Origin: Microbacteriaceae bacterium
Lineage (GTDB): Bacteria; Actinomycetota; Actinomycetes; Actinomycetales; Microbacteriaceae
Direction of reading: 5' to 3'
NCBI GenBank assembly: GCA_947443745.1
Contig: CANEXL010000001.1
Span: forward strand, 3,185 to 67,184
DNA: 64,000 nt
The first letter of the stretch is position 1; each line of letters begins with the position of its first letter. Positions 10,701 to 19,773 of the stretch are shown one piece after another. The notes beneath the pieces were generated by a model. It had not been told where the DNA came from. It worked only from the letters and a program-made list of their open reading frames with translations, and ran no database searches. Position numbers and translations under genes: made by a program.

Positions 10701-11654
10701 GTGCGTCAGGTCATCATCATTGGTTCGGGTCCTGCGGGGTACACCGCAGCGATTTATGCCGCCCGCGCAAACTTCAAGCCCCTCGTCATCGCCAGCTCAG
10801 TTGAGGCCGGCGGGGAACTCATGAACACCACCGACGTTGAGAATTTTCCCGGGTTTCCCGATGGCATCATGGGGCCCGACCTTATGATCAAAATGCAGGA
10901 GCAGGCCGAGAAGTTTGGTGCTGAGATTTTGCTCGATGACGTCATCAGCCTTGATCTCTCCGGCGACATCAAAAAGGTCACCACCGGTAACGGTGAATCC
11001 TTCGAGGCGTTGTCGATTATTTTTGCGACCGGATCGGCGTACCGCAAGCTGGGTCTTCCGAACGAAGACCGTTTGTCCGGCCACGGAGTCTCCTGGTGTG
11101 CCACGTGCGATGGGTTCTTCTTCCGCCAAAAGACAGTTGCAATCGTTGGCGGTGGTGACTCCGCAATGGAGGAGGCGAACTTCCTCACCCGCTTCGCTGA
11201 CAAGGTCTATGTCGTGCACCGCAAGGACAGCCTTCGCGCCTCCAAGATCATGCAGGACCGCGCTTTCGCTAACCCCAAGATTGAGTTTGTCTGGAATTCG
11301 GCCATCGACACCCTCCTCGGTGATGAAGCCCTTACCGGCATCACCATCGAAGACACCGTGACCGGCGCCAAGCGTGATCTTCCCCTCGATGGCCTCTTCA
11401 TTGCCATCGGAAACGATCCCCGTACCCACCTCATTCACGGGCAGCTCGACCTCACCCCCGAGGGAACCATTGCCGTGAAGGGTCGTTCCTCAAAGACCAA
11501 CATCAGCGGTGTTTTTGCCGCCGGCGACGTCATTGACCCCACCTACCGTCAGGCCGTCACGGCTGCCGGCAGTGGAACCGTCGCTGCCCTTGACGCCGAG
11601 CACTTCCTCTCAGCCCTCCCTGTCGCGGTTCTCGCGCAGGCCGAAGTCCAGTAA
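10701..11654 (+). CDS. trxB: Thioredoxin reductase
   Basis: GSGPAG, CATCDG, GGGDSA, FAAGDV. Confidence 0.97.
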   Translation: MRQVIIIGSGPAGYTAAIYAARANFKPLVIASSVEAGGELMNTTDVENFPGFPDGIMGPDLMIKMQEQAEKFGAEILLDDVISLDLSGDIKKVTTGNGESFEALSIIFATGSAYRKLGLPNEDRLSGHGVSWCATCDGFFFRQKTVAIVGGGDSAMEEANFLTRFADKVYVVHRKDSLRASKIMQDRAFANPKIEFVWNSAIDTLLGDEALTGITIEDTVTGAKRDLPLDGLFIAIGNDPRTHLIHGQLDLTPEGTIAVKGRSSKTNISGVFAAGDVIDPTYRQAVTAAGSGTVAALDAEHFLSALPVAVLAQAEVQ

Positions 11655-11676
11655 CACAACCAAGAAGGAGATCCCC

Positions 11677-12006
11677 ATGTCAGCTGCACCCGCAGTGACC
11701 GATGCGACTTTCGCAGCCCAGGTCCTCGCTAGTTCCAAGCCCGTTCTCGTCGACTTTTGGGCAGAGTGGTGTGGCCCCTGCCGCGCCGTTGGGCCCATCC
11801 TCGATCAGATCCTGTTGGAGAATGGCGACAAGATCGACATCGTCAAGCTCAACGTCGATGAGAACCCCCAGACAGCCGCTTTGTACCAGATCACCTCCAT
11901 CCCCGCGATGAAGGTCTTCCAAAACGGTGAGGTCGTCAAGACCATCATCGGCGCTAAGCCCAAGCCAGCCATCGAGGCTGACCTCGCTGCATTCATCGGC
12001 TCATAA
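11677..12006 (+). CDS. trxA: Thioredoxin
   Basis: WCGPC; AAGGAG SD before ATG 11677. Confidence 0.97.
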   Translation: MSAAPAVTDATFAAQVLASSKPVLVDFWAEWCGPCRAVGPILDQILLENGDKIDIVKLNVDENPQTAALYQITSIPAMKVFQNGEVVKTIIGAKPKPAIEADLAAFIGS

Positions 12007-12026
12007 CCGCTCTCCACGCACATCTT

Positions 12027-12064
12027 CGAAACCGCTTGGCCTTCTGGTCAGGCGGTTTCGTTTT
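12027..12064 (+). terminator. trxBA terminator
   Basis: CGAAACCGC...GCGGTTTCG hairpin followed by TTTT. Confidence 0.8.
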
Positions 12065-12109
12065 GAACAGTGAATTCATGCCCCGGATGACGGCAACTAA
12101 TATTGGGAT

Positions 12110-13429
12110 GTGAGCGAATCTACTGAAACCGGACAGGCGATCAATCTCGATCCTTGGTTCGGTCACTACGCCGAACGGGCATCCGGACTCAGCGCCTCAG
12201 AAGTCCGTGCCCTCTTCGCCGTTGCCTCGCGCCCCGAAGTCGTCTCACTTGCGGGGGGCATGCCCTTCGTTCGTGCCCTGCCAGAGAACTTGATTAATGG
12301 CGCCCTCGAGCGCGTCATGAAGGAACAGGGGCCCACCGCGCTCCAATACGGTTCGGGCCAAGGCGTTCCCGCCCTGCGTGAACAAATTCTGGAGATCATG
12401 GCCCTCGAGGGCATCTCCGCCAGTGTCGACGACATCGTTGTCACCACGGGGAGCCAGCAGGCACTTGACCTGGTGACCAAGCTGTTCATTAATCCCGGTG
12501 ACGTGATTTTGGCCGAAGCTCCCAGCTATGTCGGTGCAATCGGTGTTTTTCGCTCGTACCAGGCGCAAATTGAGCACGTCGACATGGATAACGACGGTCT
12601 GATTCCGGATGCCTTGCGCGCCGCCATCACGCGCCTTCGGGCCGAGGGTCGCCCCATCAAGTTTTTGTACACCATCCCGAACTTCCACAACCCCGCCGGG
12701 GTCACCCTCAGTGCCGAACGCCGCCCCGAGATTCTCAAGATTTGTCAGGATGCTGGAATTTTGGTGCTGGAGGACAACCCCTATGGGCTGCTTTCCTTCG
12801 ACGAAGACGTGCCGCCGGCCATCCGCTCACTGGATGACGAGGGTGTTATTTACCTCGGGTCGTTCTCTAAGACGCTCGCGCCCGGGTTTCGCGTCGGCTG
12901 GGCATTAGCCCCTCATGCCATCCGCGAGAAGCTCGTTCTCGCTGCCGAATCTGCCATTTTGTGTCCGAGCTCGTTCAGCCAACTTGTGATCAGCGAGTAC
13001 TTGGCTTCGGCCGACTGGATGGGGCAGATCCGAAGCTTCCGTGATGTGTATCGGGAGCGCCGCGACACCATGCTCGTCTCGCTGGCCGAACATCTCCCCG
13101 AGCTGTCGTGGACGGTTCCCAGCGGTGGTTTCTACGTGTGGGTCACGCTCCCCGATGCCCTGGACTCCAAGGCCATGTTGCCCCGTGCTGTCACCGAGCT
13201 TGTCGCCTACACTCCCGGAACGGCGTTCTACGCCGACGGTGGTGGTCGCCAGAATCTACGACTGTCGTTCTGCTATCCGACACCGGAGAATATCCGCATC
13301 GGAATTCGCCGTCTCGCCACCGTCATCAACGGCGAACTTGATCTGCTCTCTACCTTCGCTGGCACGGGGTCTCTCACGGCATCCGTTGGTGAAGACAATG
13401 TGATTTCTCCCCCGCCCGACATGAGTTAG
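12110..13429 (+). CDS. PLP-dependent aminotransferase class I/II (LysN-like)
   Basis: SLAGGMP, PNFHNPAG, EDNPY, GSFSKTLAPGFRVGW. Confidence 0.9.
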   Translation: MSESTETGQAINLDPWFGHYAERASGLSASEVRALFAVASRPEVVSLAGGMPFVRALPENLINGALERVMKEQGPTALQYGSGQGVPALREQILEIMALEGISASVDDIVVTTGSQQALDLVTKLFINPGDVILAEAPSYVGAIGVFRSYQAQIEHVDMDNDGLIPDALRAAITRLRAEGRPIKFLYTIPNFHNPAGVTLSAERRPEILKICQDAGILVLEDNPYGLLSFDEDVPPAIRSLDDEGVIYLGSFSKTLAPGFRVGWALAPHAIREKLVLAAESAILCPSSFSQLVISEYLASADWMGQIRSFRDVYRERRDTMLVSLAEHLPELSWTVPSGGFYVWVTLPDALDSKAMLPRAVTELVAYTPGTAFYADGGGRQNLRLSFCYPTPENIRIGIRRLATVINGELDLLSTFAGTGSLTASVGEDNVISPPPDMS

Positions 13430-13451
13430 CCCACGAAAGGCACCGTTCTTT

Positions 13452-14417
13452 ATGAGCACTTCACAGCCCCTTAATGTCACCGTGCTTGCCGGGGGCATCT
13501 CCCACGAACGCGAAGTTTCGCTGCGTTCCGGTCGCCGCGTTTCCGACGCCTTGCAGGGCCGAGGCCACCAGGTCGCTCTTGCTGACCCCGACGCCGCTCT
13601 GTTCGCCAATCTTGCAACCACCGCACCAGATGTTGTCTGGCCGGCACTGCACGGCTTCAGTGGCGAAGACGGGGCCCTCTTGGGCCTGCTCGAGGTCTCG
13701 GGCTACGCCTACGTTGGGCCCACCGCTGCGGCGGCGCGATTGGCGTGGTCCAAGCCCGTCGCCAAGACGCTCGTTGCTCGTGCTGGCATCGACACCCCCG
13801 AGTCAATCACCCTGGCACGCGAAGCCTTTCGGGAACTCGGCGCCGCAACCGTTCTCGACCTCATCTCTGCAGCGCTGGGAGAAAGCCTCGTTGTGAAGCC
13901 CGCCTCGGGGGGATCAGCGCAGGGTGTGACGATTGTCACCCGCGCCGATCAACTTCCTCGCGCCATGGTCGATGCCTACACGTACTCCGACGTTGCCTTG
14001 ATCGAAAAGCACATTGCCGGAGTGGAAGTTTCTGTGACCGTCATCGACACCGGTGATGGCCCCCGCGCCCTTCCGGCCGTAGAAATCGTTCCCCTCGATG
14101 GCGTCTACAGCTTTGAGGCCCGCTACAACGCCGGTGAGACCAACTTCTTCGTGCCGGCTCGTGTTTCCGATGCTGTGTCGAGCCGTATCGCCGAGGTCGC
14201 CGTCACCGTGCACGAGACCCTGGGTCTGGACTACCTCTCGCGCATCGATCTCATTATCGACGCGCTCGGGACGCCCTGGTTCTTGGAAGCCAACGCGCTC
14301 CCCGGCCTCACCGAAACGTCCTCGGCGCCCATCGCCATTGAGGCCGCAGGGTTTGAGACTGGCGAGCTCTACGAAGCTCTCGCTCGGCGTGCGTTTGAGG
14401 CACGCATCCGCCCGTAA
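13452..14417 (+). CDS. D-Ala-D-Ala ligase family ATP-grasp protein
   Basis: GGISHEREVSLRSG, LHGFSGEDG, VVKP..GGS, LEANALPG. Confidence 0.88.
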   Translation: MSTSQPLNVTVLAGGISHEREVSLRSGRRVSDALQGRGHQVALADPDAALFANLATTAPDVVWPALHGFSGEDGALLGLLEVSGYAYVGPTAAAARLAWSKPVAKTLVARAGIDTPESITLAREAFRELGAATVLDLISAALGESLVVKPASGGSAQGVTIVTRADQLPRAMVDAYTYSDVALIEKHIAGVEVSVTVIDTGDGPRALPAVEIVPLDGVYSFEARYNAGETNFFVPARVSDAVSSRIAEVAVTVHETLGLDYLSRIDLIIDALGTPWFLEANALPGLTETSSAPIAIEAAGFETGELYEALARRAFEARIRP

Positions 14418-14463
14418 ATTCTCGCTTTCGAACGAGGTTTGCTGGAGAGCTTGCCGGATTGCC

Positions 14464-15492
14464 CTACGCGCCGAAGGGCTTCTCGCCGAGTTCCGTCAGG
14501 ATGCGGTTCAGGTCAGCAATGGTGGCAAATTCTATGCTGATCAGGCCTTTTTTGGCACCCAAGGAAACTTTCACGCGAGTATCGAGACGATCACCCAAGT
14601 GTTCGGCGATCTCGTTGAGTTGCCCCATTCGACCACCCGCGACTGCCTTGGGCTTCGCTTTGGTTGGCGCCTGCTGGGCGATCGCCTCCGCCGCACGAAC
14701 GGAGAGCTCCTCGTTGACGATGCGGTCCGCAAGGCGCTGCATTGCCTCGGGGTCAACCGTGGCCAAGATTGCGCGAGCATGGCCGGCGCTGAGCACACCA
14801 GCGGCAACGCGCAGCTGCACGGCGGGGGGAAGCTTCAGCAGGCGAAGCGTGTTGCTGATCTGCGGACGCGAGCGTCCGATGCGTGCCGCCAGTTGTTCCT
14901 GCGTGATTCCAAAGTCAGCCAGCAGCTGCTGGTAGGCAGAGGCCTCTTCAAGCGGGTTCAGCTGCGAGCGGTGCAGGTTCTCCAGCAGCGCATCACGCAA
15001 CATGTCTTCATCAGCGGTGTCACGAATGATGACCGGGATGCTCTCCAGGCCGACCTCTTTCGAGGCACGCAAACGACGCTCACCCATGATGAGTTCGTAG
15101 GTGTCTTGACCGGGAATCTCGCGCACCACGATGGGTTGCAAGATCCCAATTTCACGGATGCTGTGGACCAGCTCCGCGAGGTCCTCGGCGTCGAAGTCCT
15201 TGCGTGGCTGCTGGGGATTGGGAACAATCTTGTGCGGCGACAGGAACGCCAGACGTGCTCCGGGAACGGGAACAAGCTCGGGGCCATCAGAAGAGGCTCC
15301 GCGGTTCGAGGCGTTCTGACCGCGTGAGCCAGCCACGCCGCCCGAACTCTTGCCGGAACCGGTCGCTATTGCTCCTGACTGATCGGGGAAGAAGACGTCA
15401 GCCGGTCGTGCCTTCGAGTCGTCGCCCGAAGGTTGCGAAGGAATGAGGGCGCCAATTCCGCGGCCGAGGCCAGTTCTCTTGGGGGCGGCCAT
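14464..15492 (-). CDS. parB: Chromosome partitioning protein ParB
   Basis: GLGRGIGALI, NPQQPRK, GERRLRAS, ENLHRSQL, HTH. Confidence 0.97.
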   Translation of the reverse strand: MAAPKRTGLGRGIGALIPSQPSGDDSKARPADVFFPDQSGAIATGSGKSSGGVAGSRGQNASNRGASSDGPELVPVPGARLAFLSPHKIVPNPQQPRKDFDAEDLAELVHSIREIGILQPIVVREIPGQDTYELIMGERRLRASKEVGLESIPVIIRDTADEDMLRDALLENLHRSQLNPLEEASAYQQLLADFGITQEQLAARIGRSRPQISNTLRLLKLPPAVQLRVAAGVLSAGHARAILATVDPEAMQRLADRIVNEELSVRAAEAIAQQAPTKAKPKAVAGGRMGQLNEIAEHLGDRLDTRVKVSLGAKKGLISIEFATIADLNRILTELGEKPFGA

Positions 15493-16421
15493 TATTGAGC
15501 TCCTTGCTGCACGTTGACGGCACCGCGTTGAGCAATTTCAACGGCGGCTTCAATGTAGGAAATGGCTCCGACGGAGGTGGCGTCGTAACTCACAACGCTC
15601 TGCCCATAGCTTGGCGCCTCAGAGACGCGAACGGCGCGGGGAATGACGGCCGAGAGAACAAGCTCGGGGAAGTGCGTGCGCACGTCATCGGCAACCTCGT
15701 TGGCCAGTCGGGTTCGAGCGTCAAACATCGTCAACAGAATCGTCGAGACCCGAAGATTCGGGTTCATGTTCTCGCCAATGCGCTCGATGGTTTTCAATAA
15801 GGCGCTGAGACCTTCAAGCGCATAGTACTCGCACTGAATAGGAATGAGAACTTCGCGGGCCGCCACAAACGCGTTGACGGTGAGCAGTCCCAACGACGGT
15901 GGGCAGTCGATAAACACGTAGTGGAAAGGCGTCGGCGATTCTGTGAGAAAGTTATGGATCGCGCTGCGCAAGACATACTCGCGGCGTTCAACATCCATGA
16001 GTTCAATTTCGGCGCCGGCAAGGTCGATGTTGCTCGGGGCGCAGTAGATGTCGCCGTCCTCTGGGCTTGCCTGGATGACGTCGCTCAGCTTGGCGCCTTC
16101 GATGAGAACGTCGTAGATTCCCGGGACACCCTCGTGGTGGTCGATACCCATAGCCGTAGAGGCGTTGCCCTGAGGATCGAGGTCAATGACCAAAACCCGA
16201 GCTCCGAGCCGCGCGAGGGCAGCGGCAAGGTTTACCGTCGAGGTCGTCTTGCCGACACCGCCCTTTTGGTTCGAGACTGTCAGGATGCGTGTGAAAGCGG
16301 GCAGTGGGGGTGCTTCGGCCGTCAAAATCTTGCGACGGCTCGTGAGATCTGTGAGCTCGCGCGCCAGTGGAGAGTCAAAGACCCCTGACACTCCCGTGAG
16401 GGAATCATCGGAATGTTTCAC
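15492..16421 (-). CDS. parA: Chromosome partitioning ATPase ParA
   Basis: NQKGGVGKTT, DLDPQGNAS, IDCPPSLG, QCEYYALEG. Confidence 0.97.
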   Translation of the reverse strand: MKHSDDSLTGVSGVFDSPLARELTDLTSRRKILTAEAPPLPAFTRILTVSNQKGGVGKTTSTVNLAAALARLGARVLVIDLDPQGNASTAMGIDHHEGVPGIYDVLIEGAKLSDVIQASPEDGDIYCAPSNIDLAGAEIELMDVERREYVLRSAIHNFLTESPTPFHYVFIDCPPSLGLLTVNAFVAAREVLIPIQCEYYALEGLSALLKTIERIGENMNPNLRVSTILLTMFDARTRLANEVADDVRTHFPELVLSAVIPRAVRVSEAPSYGQSVVSYDATSVGAISYIEAAVEIAQRGAVNVQQGAQ

Positions 16422-16429
16422 GTGAAACC
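16414..16429. promoter_or_regulatory. parS site 1
   Basis: TGTTTCACGTGAAACC, 15/16 match to the parS consensus; overlaps the predicted parA start. Confidence 0.9.
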
Positions 16430-16455
16430 TTTACTAATGTCTGGCGGAGTGTGGG

Positions 16456-17088
16456 CTAGTTAACTGTAGCCCTCACGACGCGTGTTACTTCAGTCAGAAT
16501 TCCCTCACCAAGGGTAAGCACTTCAACATTCTGAAGTCGGTAGGTTCGTATTTGCTTTGCAGCGGCCTCGACTTCAGCCTCTGCCGACTTTCCCTTCATC
16601 ACCACAATCTCGCCGCCGGAACGAACGAGGGGGACCGTCAGAGGAATGAGGGTTTTCAGTGCGCTGACCGCCCGCGCGGTGACTTGATCGAAGCCTTCAC
16701 CGATTCGAACATCCTCGGCACGCTCGCGAAGCACCGTGACGTTATCGAGGCCCAACTCTGCAACCTGGCTGTTCAACCAGGCTGTTCGGCGTTCCATAGG
16801 TTCAATGAGAACCAGTTGCACGTCGGGCCGGGCGATGGCCAGCACAAGACCGGGAAGTCCCGCGCCACTCCCCACGTCTCCCACCACACCATCGGCAGTC
16901 AATAGCGGTGCCATGATGGCGCAGTTCAGAACGTGGCGCGTCCACAAACGCGGAAGCTCGAGTGGCCCAATGAGACCCAGCTCTTCACCGAGTTCCGCCA
17001 GGTTGCGCGTAAATTGGCGGGCAACCTCTATCGATTCCCCAAAGATCTGCTCGGCGCTCTCTGGCTCCGCCTCATAAACCGTCGTCAA
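16456..17088 (-). CDS. rsmG: 16S rRNA m7G527 methyltransferase
   Basis: LWTRHVLN, DVGSGAGLPG, ARAV. Confidence 0.95.
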   Translation of the reverse strand: MTTVYEAEPESAEQIFGESIEVARQFTRNLAELGEELGLIGPLELPRLWTRHVLNCAIMAPLLTADGVVGDVGSGAGLPGLVLAIARPDVQLVLIEPMERRTAWLNSQVAELGLDNVTVLRERAEDVRIGEGFDQVTARAVSALKTLIPLTVPLVRSGGEIVVMKGKSAEAEVEAAAKQIRTYRLQNVEVLTLGEGILTEVTRVVRATVN

Positions 17089-17104
17089 TGTTTCACGTGA
17101 AACT
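17089..17104. promoter_or_regulatory. parS site 2
   Basis: TGTTTCACGTGAAACT fills the jag-rsmG gap. Confidence 0.9.
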
Positions 17105-17651
17105 ATTTGCCGGCAGTGATGACGGTGTGACGATCCTTGCCTTCACCATTGGAGTTCGATACGAAGCCGCGCTCCGAAACGAGGTCGTGAACAAGCTTGC
17201 GCTCGTAGGAACTCATCGCCGGAAGTGCGGCAGAAGCGGATCCGCCATCAATCCGAGCAATTGCAGCGTCGACGAGGGTGGACAACTCCTGCTCACGAGC
17301 TTGGCGTGACCCGCCGACATCGAGAATCAGGCGAGAAAAATCACCTGTCTTGTTCTGCACTGCGAGTCGCGTCAGTTCCTGCAGTGCAGCAACCGCCTCG
17401 GGCCGCGACAATCCACGAAGCTTGCCTTCGTCGGAGGCGGTCACGGAAACGTACGCACGCCCATTGCGCGCGTCGATGTCGAGGTCACCGTCGAGGTCGC
17501 AAATGTCGAGGAGCTCTTCGATGTAGTCAGCCGCGACGTCACCCTCGTGCTCGAGCTGGTTAACAGTTGGCGCATCTCCATCGATGGCGTCTGTCTCGAC
17601 CGCGTCGACGGCGGGAGTTTCTTGTGTTTGAGTGTCAGTTACGTCAGTCAT
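17103..17651 (-). CDS. jag: Jag/EloR R3H RNA-binding protein
   Basis: EGDVAADYIEELLDI; R3H motif SYERKLVHD; position after yidC. Confidence 0.9.
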   Translation of the reverse strand: MTDVTDTQTQETPAVDAVETDAIDGDAPTVNQLEHEGDVAADYIEELLDICDLDGDLDIDARNGRAYVSVTASDEGKLRGLSRPEAVAALQELTRLAVQNKTGDFSRLILDVGGSRQAREQELSTLVDAAIARIDGGSASAALPAMSSYERKLVHDLVSERGFVSNSNGEGKDRHTVITAGK

Positions 17652-18616
17652 TATGAGTTCTTCTTTCCAGGCTTTTTCTTGGATCTATTCTTCCCCATGG
17701 GCTGCTGACGCTGCACGGGTTTGGGTTCGGCTTCGATGACCCCTGTGGTGCCATCGGTAAGTTCAATTTTTCCCTTGCGAGCGAGGCGTTCCTCGCGGGC
17801 CTTTGCGGCCTGACTCCCTGGCGTTGGCATGTTGCGGATAACAATGAATTGCTGTCCCATGGTCCAGAAGTTGGAGACCAACCAGTAGAACATGACGCCG
17901 AGGGGGAAGGTGAAGCCCGAGAAGGCGAAAACGAGGGGGAGGAGGTACAACAAGATGCGTTGCTGGCGGAACGTCGGACTGGCCTTCGTTTCCTCCGACA
18001 TGTTCTTGGACACGATCTGCAGTTGCGTAATGAACTGCGACCCCGTCATCAAAATGACCATCACAACAGCGATAACCATGACGATGACCTGTTGGGGATC
18101 TGCACTGGCGGCACTGGAGAAACTGCTGTGCAGGGGGGCCACACCAAAAAGGGATGCCCCACCAAACTGTTCTGCTAGCTGAGCGTTAAGGGGACCGACG
18201 CCAGCCTTACTGCTCTGCGCGCCGTTTAGCACCGAAAAGAGGCCAAAGAAGATCGGCATTTGCAAGAGCAACGGAAGACAGCTACTCAGGGGATTGCTGC
18301 CCGTGCGCTTGTACAACTCCATTGTTTCGCGCGACATTGCCTCGCGTGAGAACTGGTCACGCTTGCCTTTGTACTTGTCTTGGATTTTTTTGAGCTGGGG
18401 AGCAATCTCCAACATCTTGCGTTGGCTCTTGATCTGCTTCACAAATACGGGAATCAGGGCAGCGCGAACCACGATGACAAGGCCGACGATTGCCAGGACC
18501 CACGTTGCGCCCGCGGAAGGATCCATCCCAATGGCAGTGAAGAGTCCGTGGAAAATAACAAGAAGAAGCTCAATAACCCACTTGATGGGCCACAGAATTG
18601 TGCCGATGATGTCCAT
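17651..18616 (-). CDS. yidC: Membrane protein insertase YidC
   Basis: NPLSSCLPLLLQMPIF, YWLVSNFWT. Confidence 0.96.
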   Translation of the reverse strand: MDIIGTILWPIKWVIELLLVIFHGLFTAIGMDPSAGATWVLAIVGLVIVVRAALIPVFVKQIKSQRKMLEIAPQLKKIQDKYKGKRDQFSREAMSRETMELYKRTGSNPLSSCLPLLLQMPIFFGLFSVLNGAQSSKAGVGPLNAQLAEQFGGASLFGVAPLHSSFSSAASADPQQVIVMVIAVVMVILMTGSQFITQLQIVSKNMSEETKASPTFRQQRILLYLLPLVFAFSGFTFPLGVMFYWLVSNFWTMGQQFIVIRNMPTPGSQAAKAREERLARKGKIELTDGTTGVIEAEPKPVQRQQPMGKNRSKKKPGKKNS

Positions 18617-18627
18617 TGTTGTGAGCC

Positions 18628-18939
18628 TTAAGCCCTTCCCTCAGTATTCATCACGACAAAACCAAACGTCGTGATGCGAAATCTTTGATGCCGAACGGGT
18701 GAAACATCGTCAACCCCGCCGCGTGCCCACGGGTGGCATCGTCCTAGCCTACGCAATCCCAGGAGTGTGCCGAGAACGAGGCCTCTCTGCTGGATTGCCT
18801 GGAGGGCGTAGTGCGAGCATGACGGGTAGTACCGACACACATCGCCATACAAAGGCGAAATGACCGCGCGGTAGGCCCGAAGGACAATAATCGCCAGGTT
18901 GCGAGGGAGAAGGAAAACGAAGCCCGCTGCGTTCTTCAC
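18628..18939 (-). CDS. yidD: Membrane protein insertion efficiency factor
   Basis: ISP..GDVCRYYPSCS.Y, RCHPWARGGVD. Confidence 0.95.
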   Translation of the reverse strand: MKNAAGFVFLLPRNLAIIVLRAYRAVISPLYGDVCRYYPSCSHYALQAIQQRGLVLGTLLGLRRLGRCHPWARGGVDDVSPVRHQRFRITTFGFVVMNTEGRA

Positions 18940-19295
18940 GAGGAGGAAACCCCCAGAAGGCGACGGACCTCTGAACGAAGCTCACCCCAACTCGCATCGG
19001 CGGAACCAGGCAGGGCGCGAATAACCACGTCCCCTACTGGTTCAGTCATGATTTCCCTTGCGATTTCTCTGAGCTGTCGACGCACGCGATTTCTCTTCGG
19101 TGCGTTTCCTACAGCCTTCGAGGCCACAATTCCGAAGCGGGCTGTTACGCCACGTCCCTTGGATGCAGAAGTGGCCACAACAATTTCCTGAGAAATGCTG
19201 TGGCACACAACGAAAGTTCCTGCTTTTCTTCTTCCACGACGAGACACCCGAGTGAAGTCACGGGGATGTGTCAGGCGGTGTGCCCGATCGAGCAC
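18936..19295 (-). CDS. rnpA: Ribonuclease P protein component
   Basis: RFGIVASKAVGNAPKRNRVRRQLRE; GTG start at 19295. Confidence 0.93.
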   Translation of the reverse strand: MLDRAHRLTHPRDFTRVSRRGRRKAGTFVVCHSISQEIVVATSASKGRGVTARFGIVASKAVGNAPKRNRVRRQLREIAREIMTEPVGDVVIRALPGSADASWGELRSEVRRLLGVSSS

Positions 19296-19303
19296 GTGCG
19301 GAA

Positions 19304-19441
19304 CTAAGCCGAGAGTTCGATGCGGCCCTTGCGACGGCGAGCACCCAAGATGGCGCGGCCTGCGCGGGTACGCATGCGAAGACGGAAGCCGTGCACCTTG
19401 GCGCGACGACGGTTGTTGGGTTGGAACGTTCGCTTGCTCAT
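19304..19441 (-). CDS. rpmH: 50S ribosomal protein L34 (absent from the ORF track)
   Basis: Hand translation [45 protein letters not shown]. Confidence 0.97.
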   Translation of the reverse strand: MSKRTFQPNNRRRAKVHGFRLRMRTRAGRAILGARRRKGRIELSA

Positions 19442-19642
19442 AAGTCAATCTCCAGGAAAACTGATGTCGCGCGTCACTTTAGTGGCGCAAAACAAAGGGA
19501 TGCACACATGGCATCAACCGATTAAATCTAAGGGGTACGAGGGCTTCCGTCAAACCGAGCGAGGTTGGTGAGTGGAATTATCACCAAGGGAACGCTGATG
19601 ACGTTGAACGACACACGGGGAATGAAGAAATTTGAGTTGCTG

Positions 19643-19754
19643 ATATCCACAGCTTTCGCTAACGTCTATAAAAGTTATCCCCAGCTGGTGAACCCGTGAA
19701 TACAGGGATTTTTCCTTATCGGGGGATTATTTCGGTGGATAACTTTCACCCACA
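19643..19754. promoter_or_regulatory. DnaA boxes in the dnaA promoter region
   Basis: ATATCCACA 19643, TTATCCCCA 19675, GGTGGATAA 19734, TCACCCACA 19746. Confidence 0.7.
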
Positions 19755-19773
19755 GTTGAGGCAGGAAAAAATC

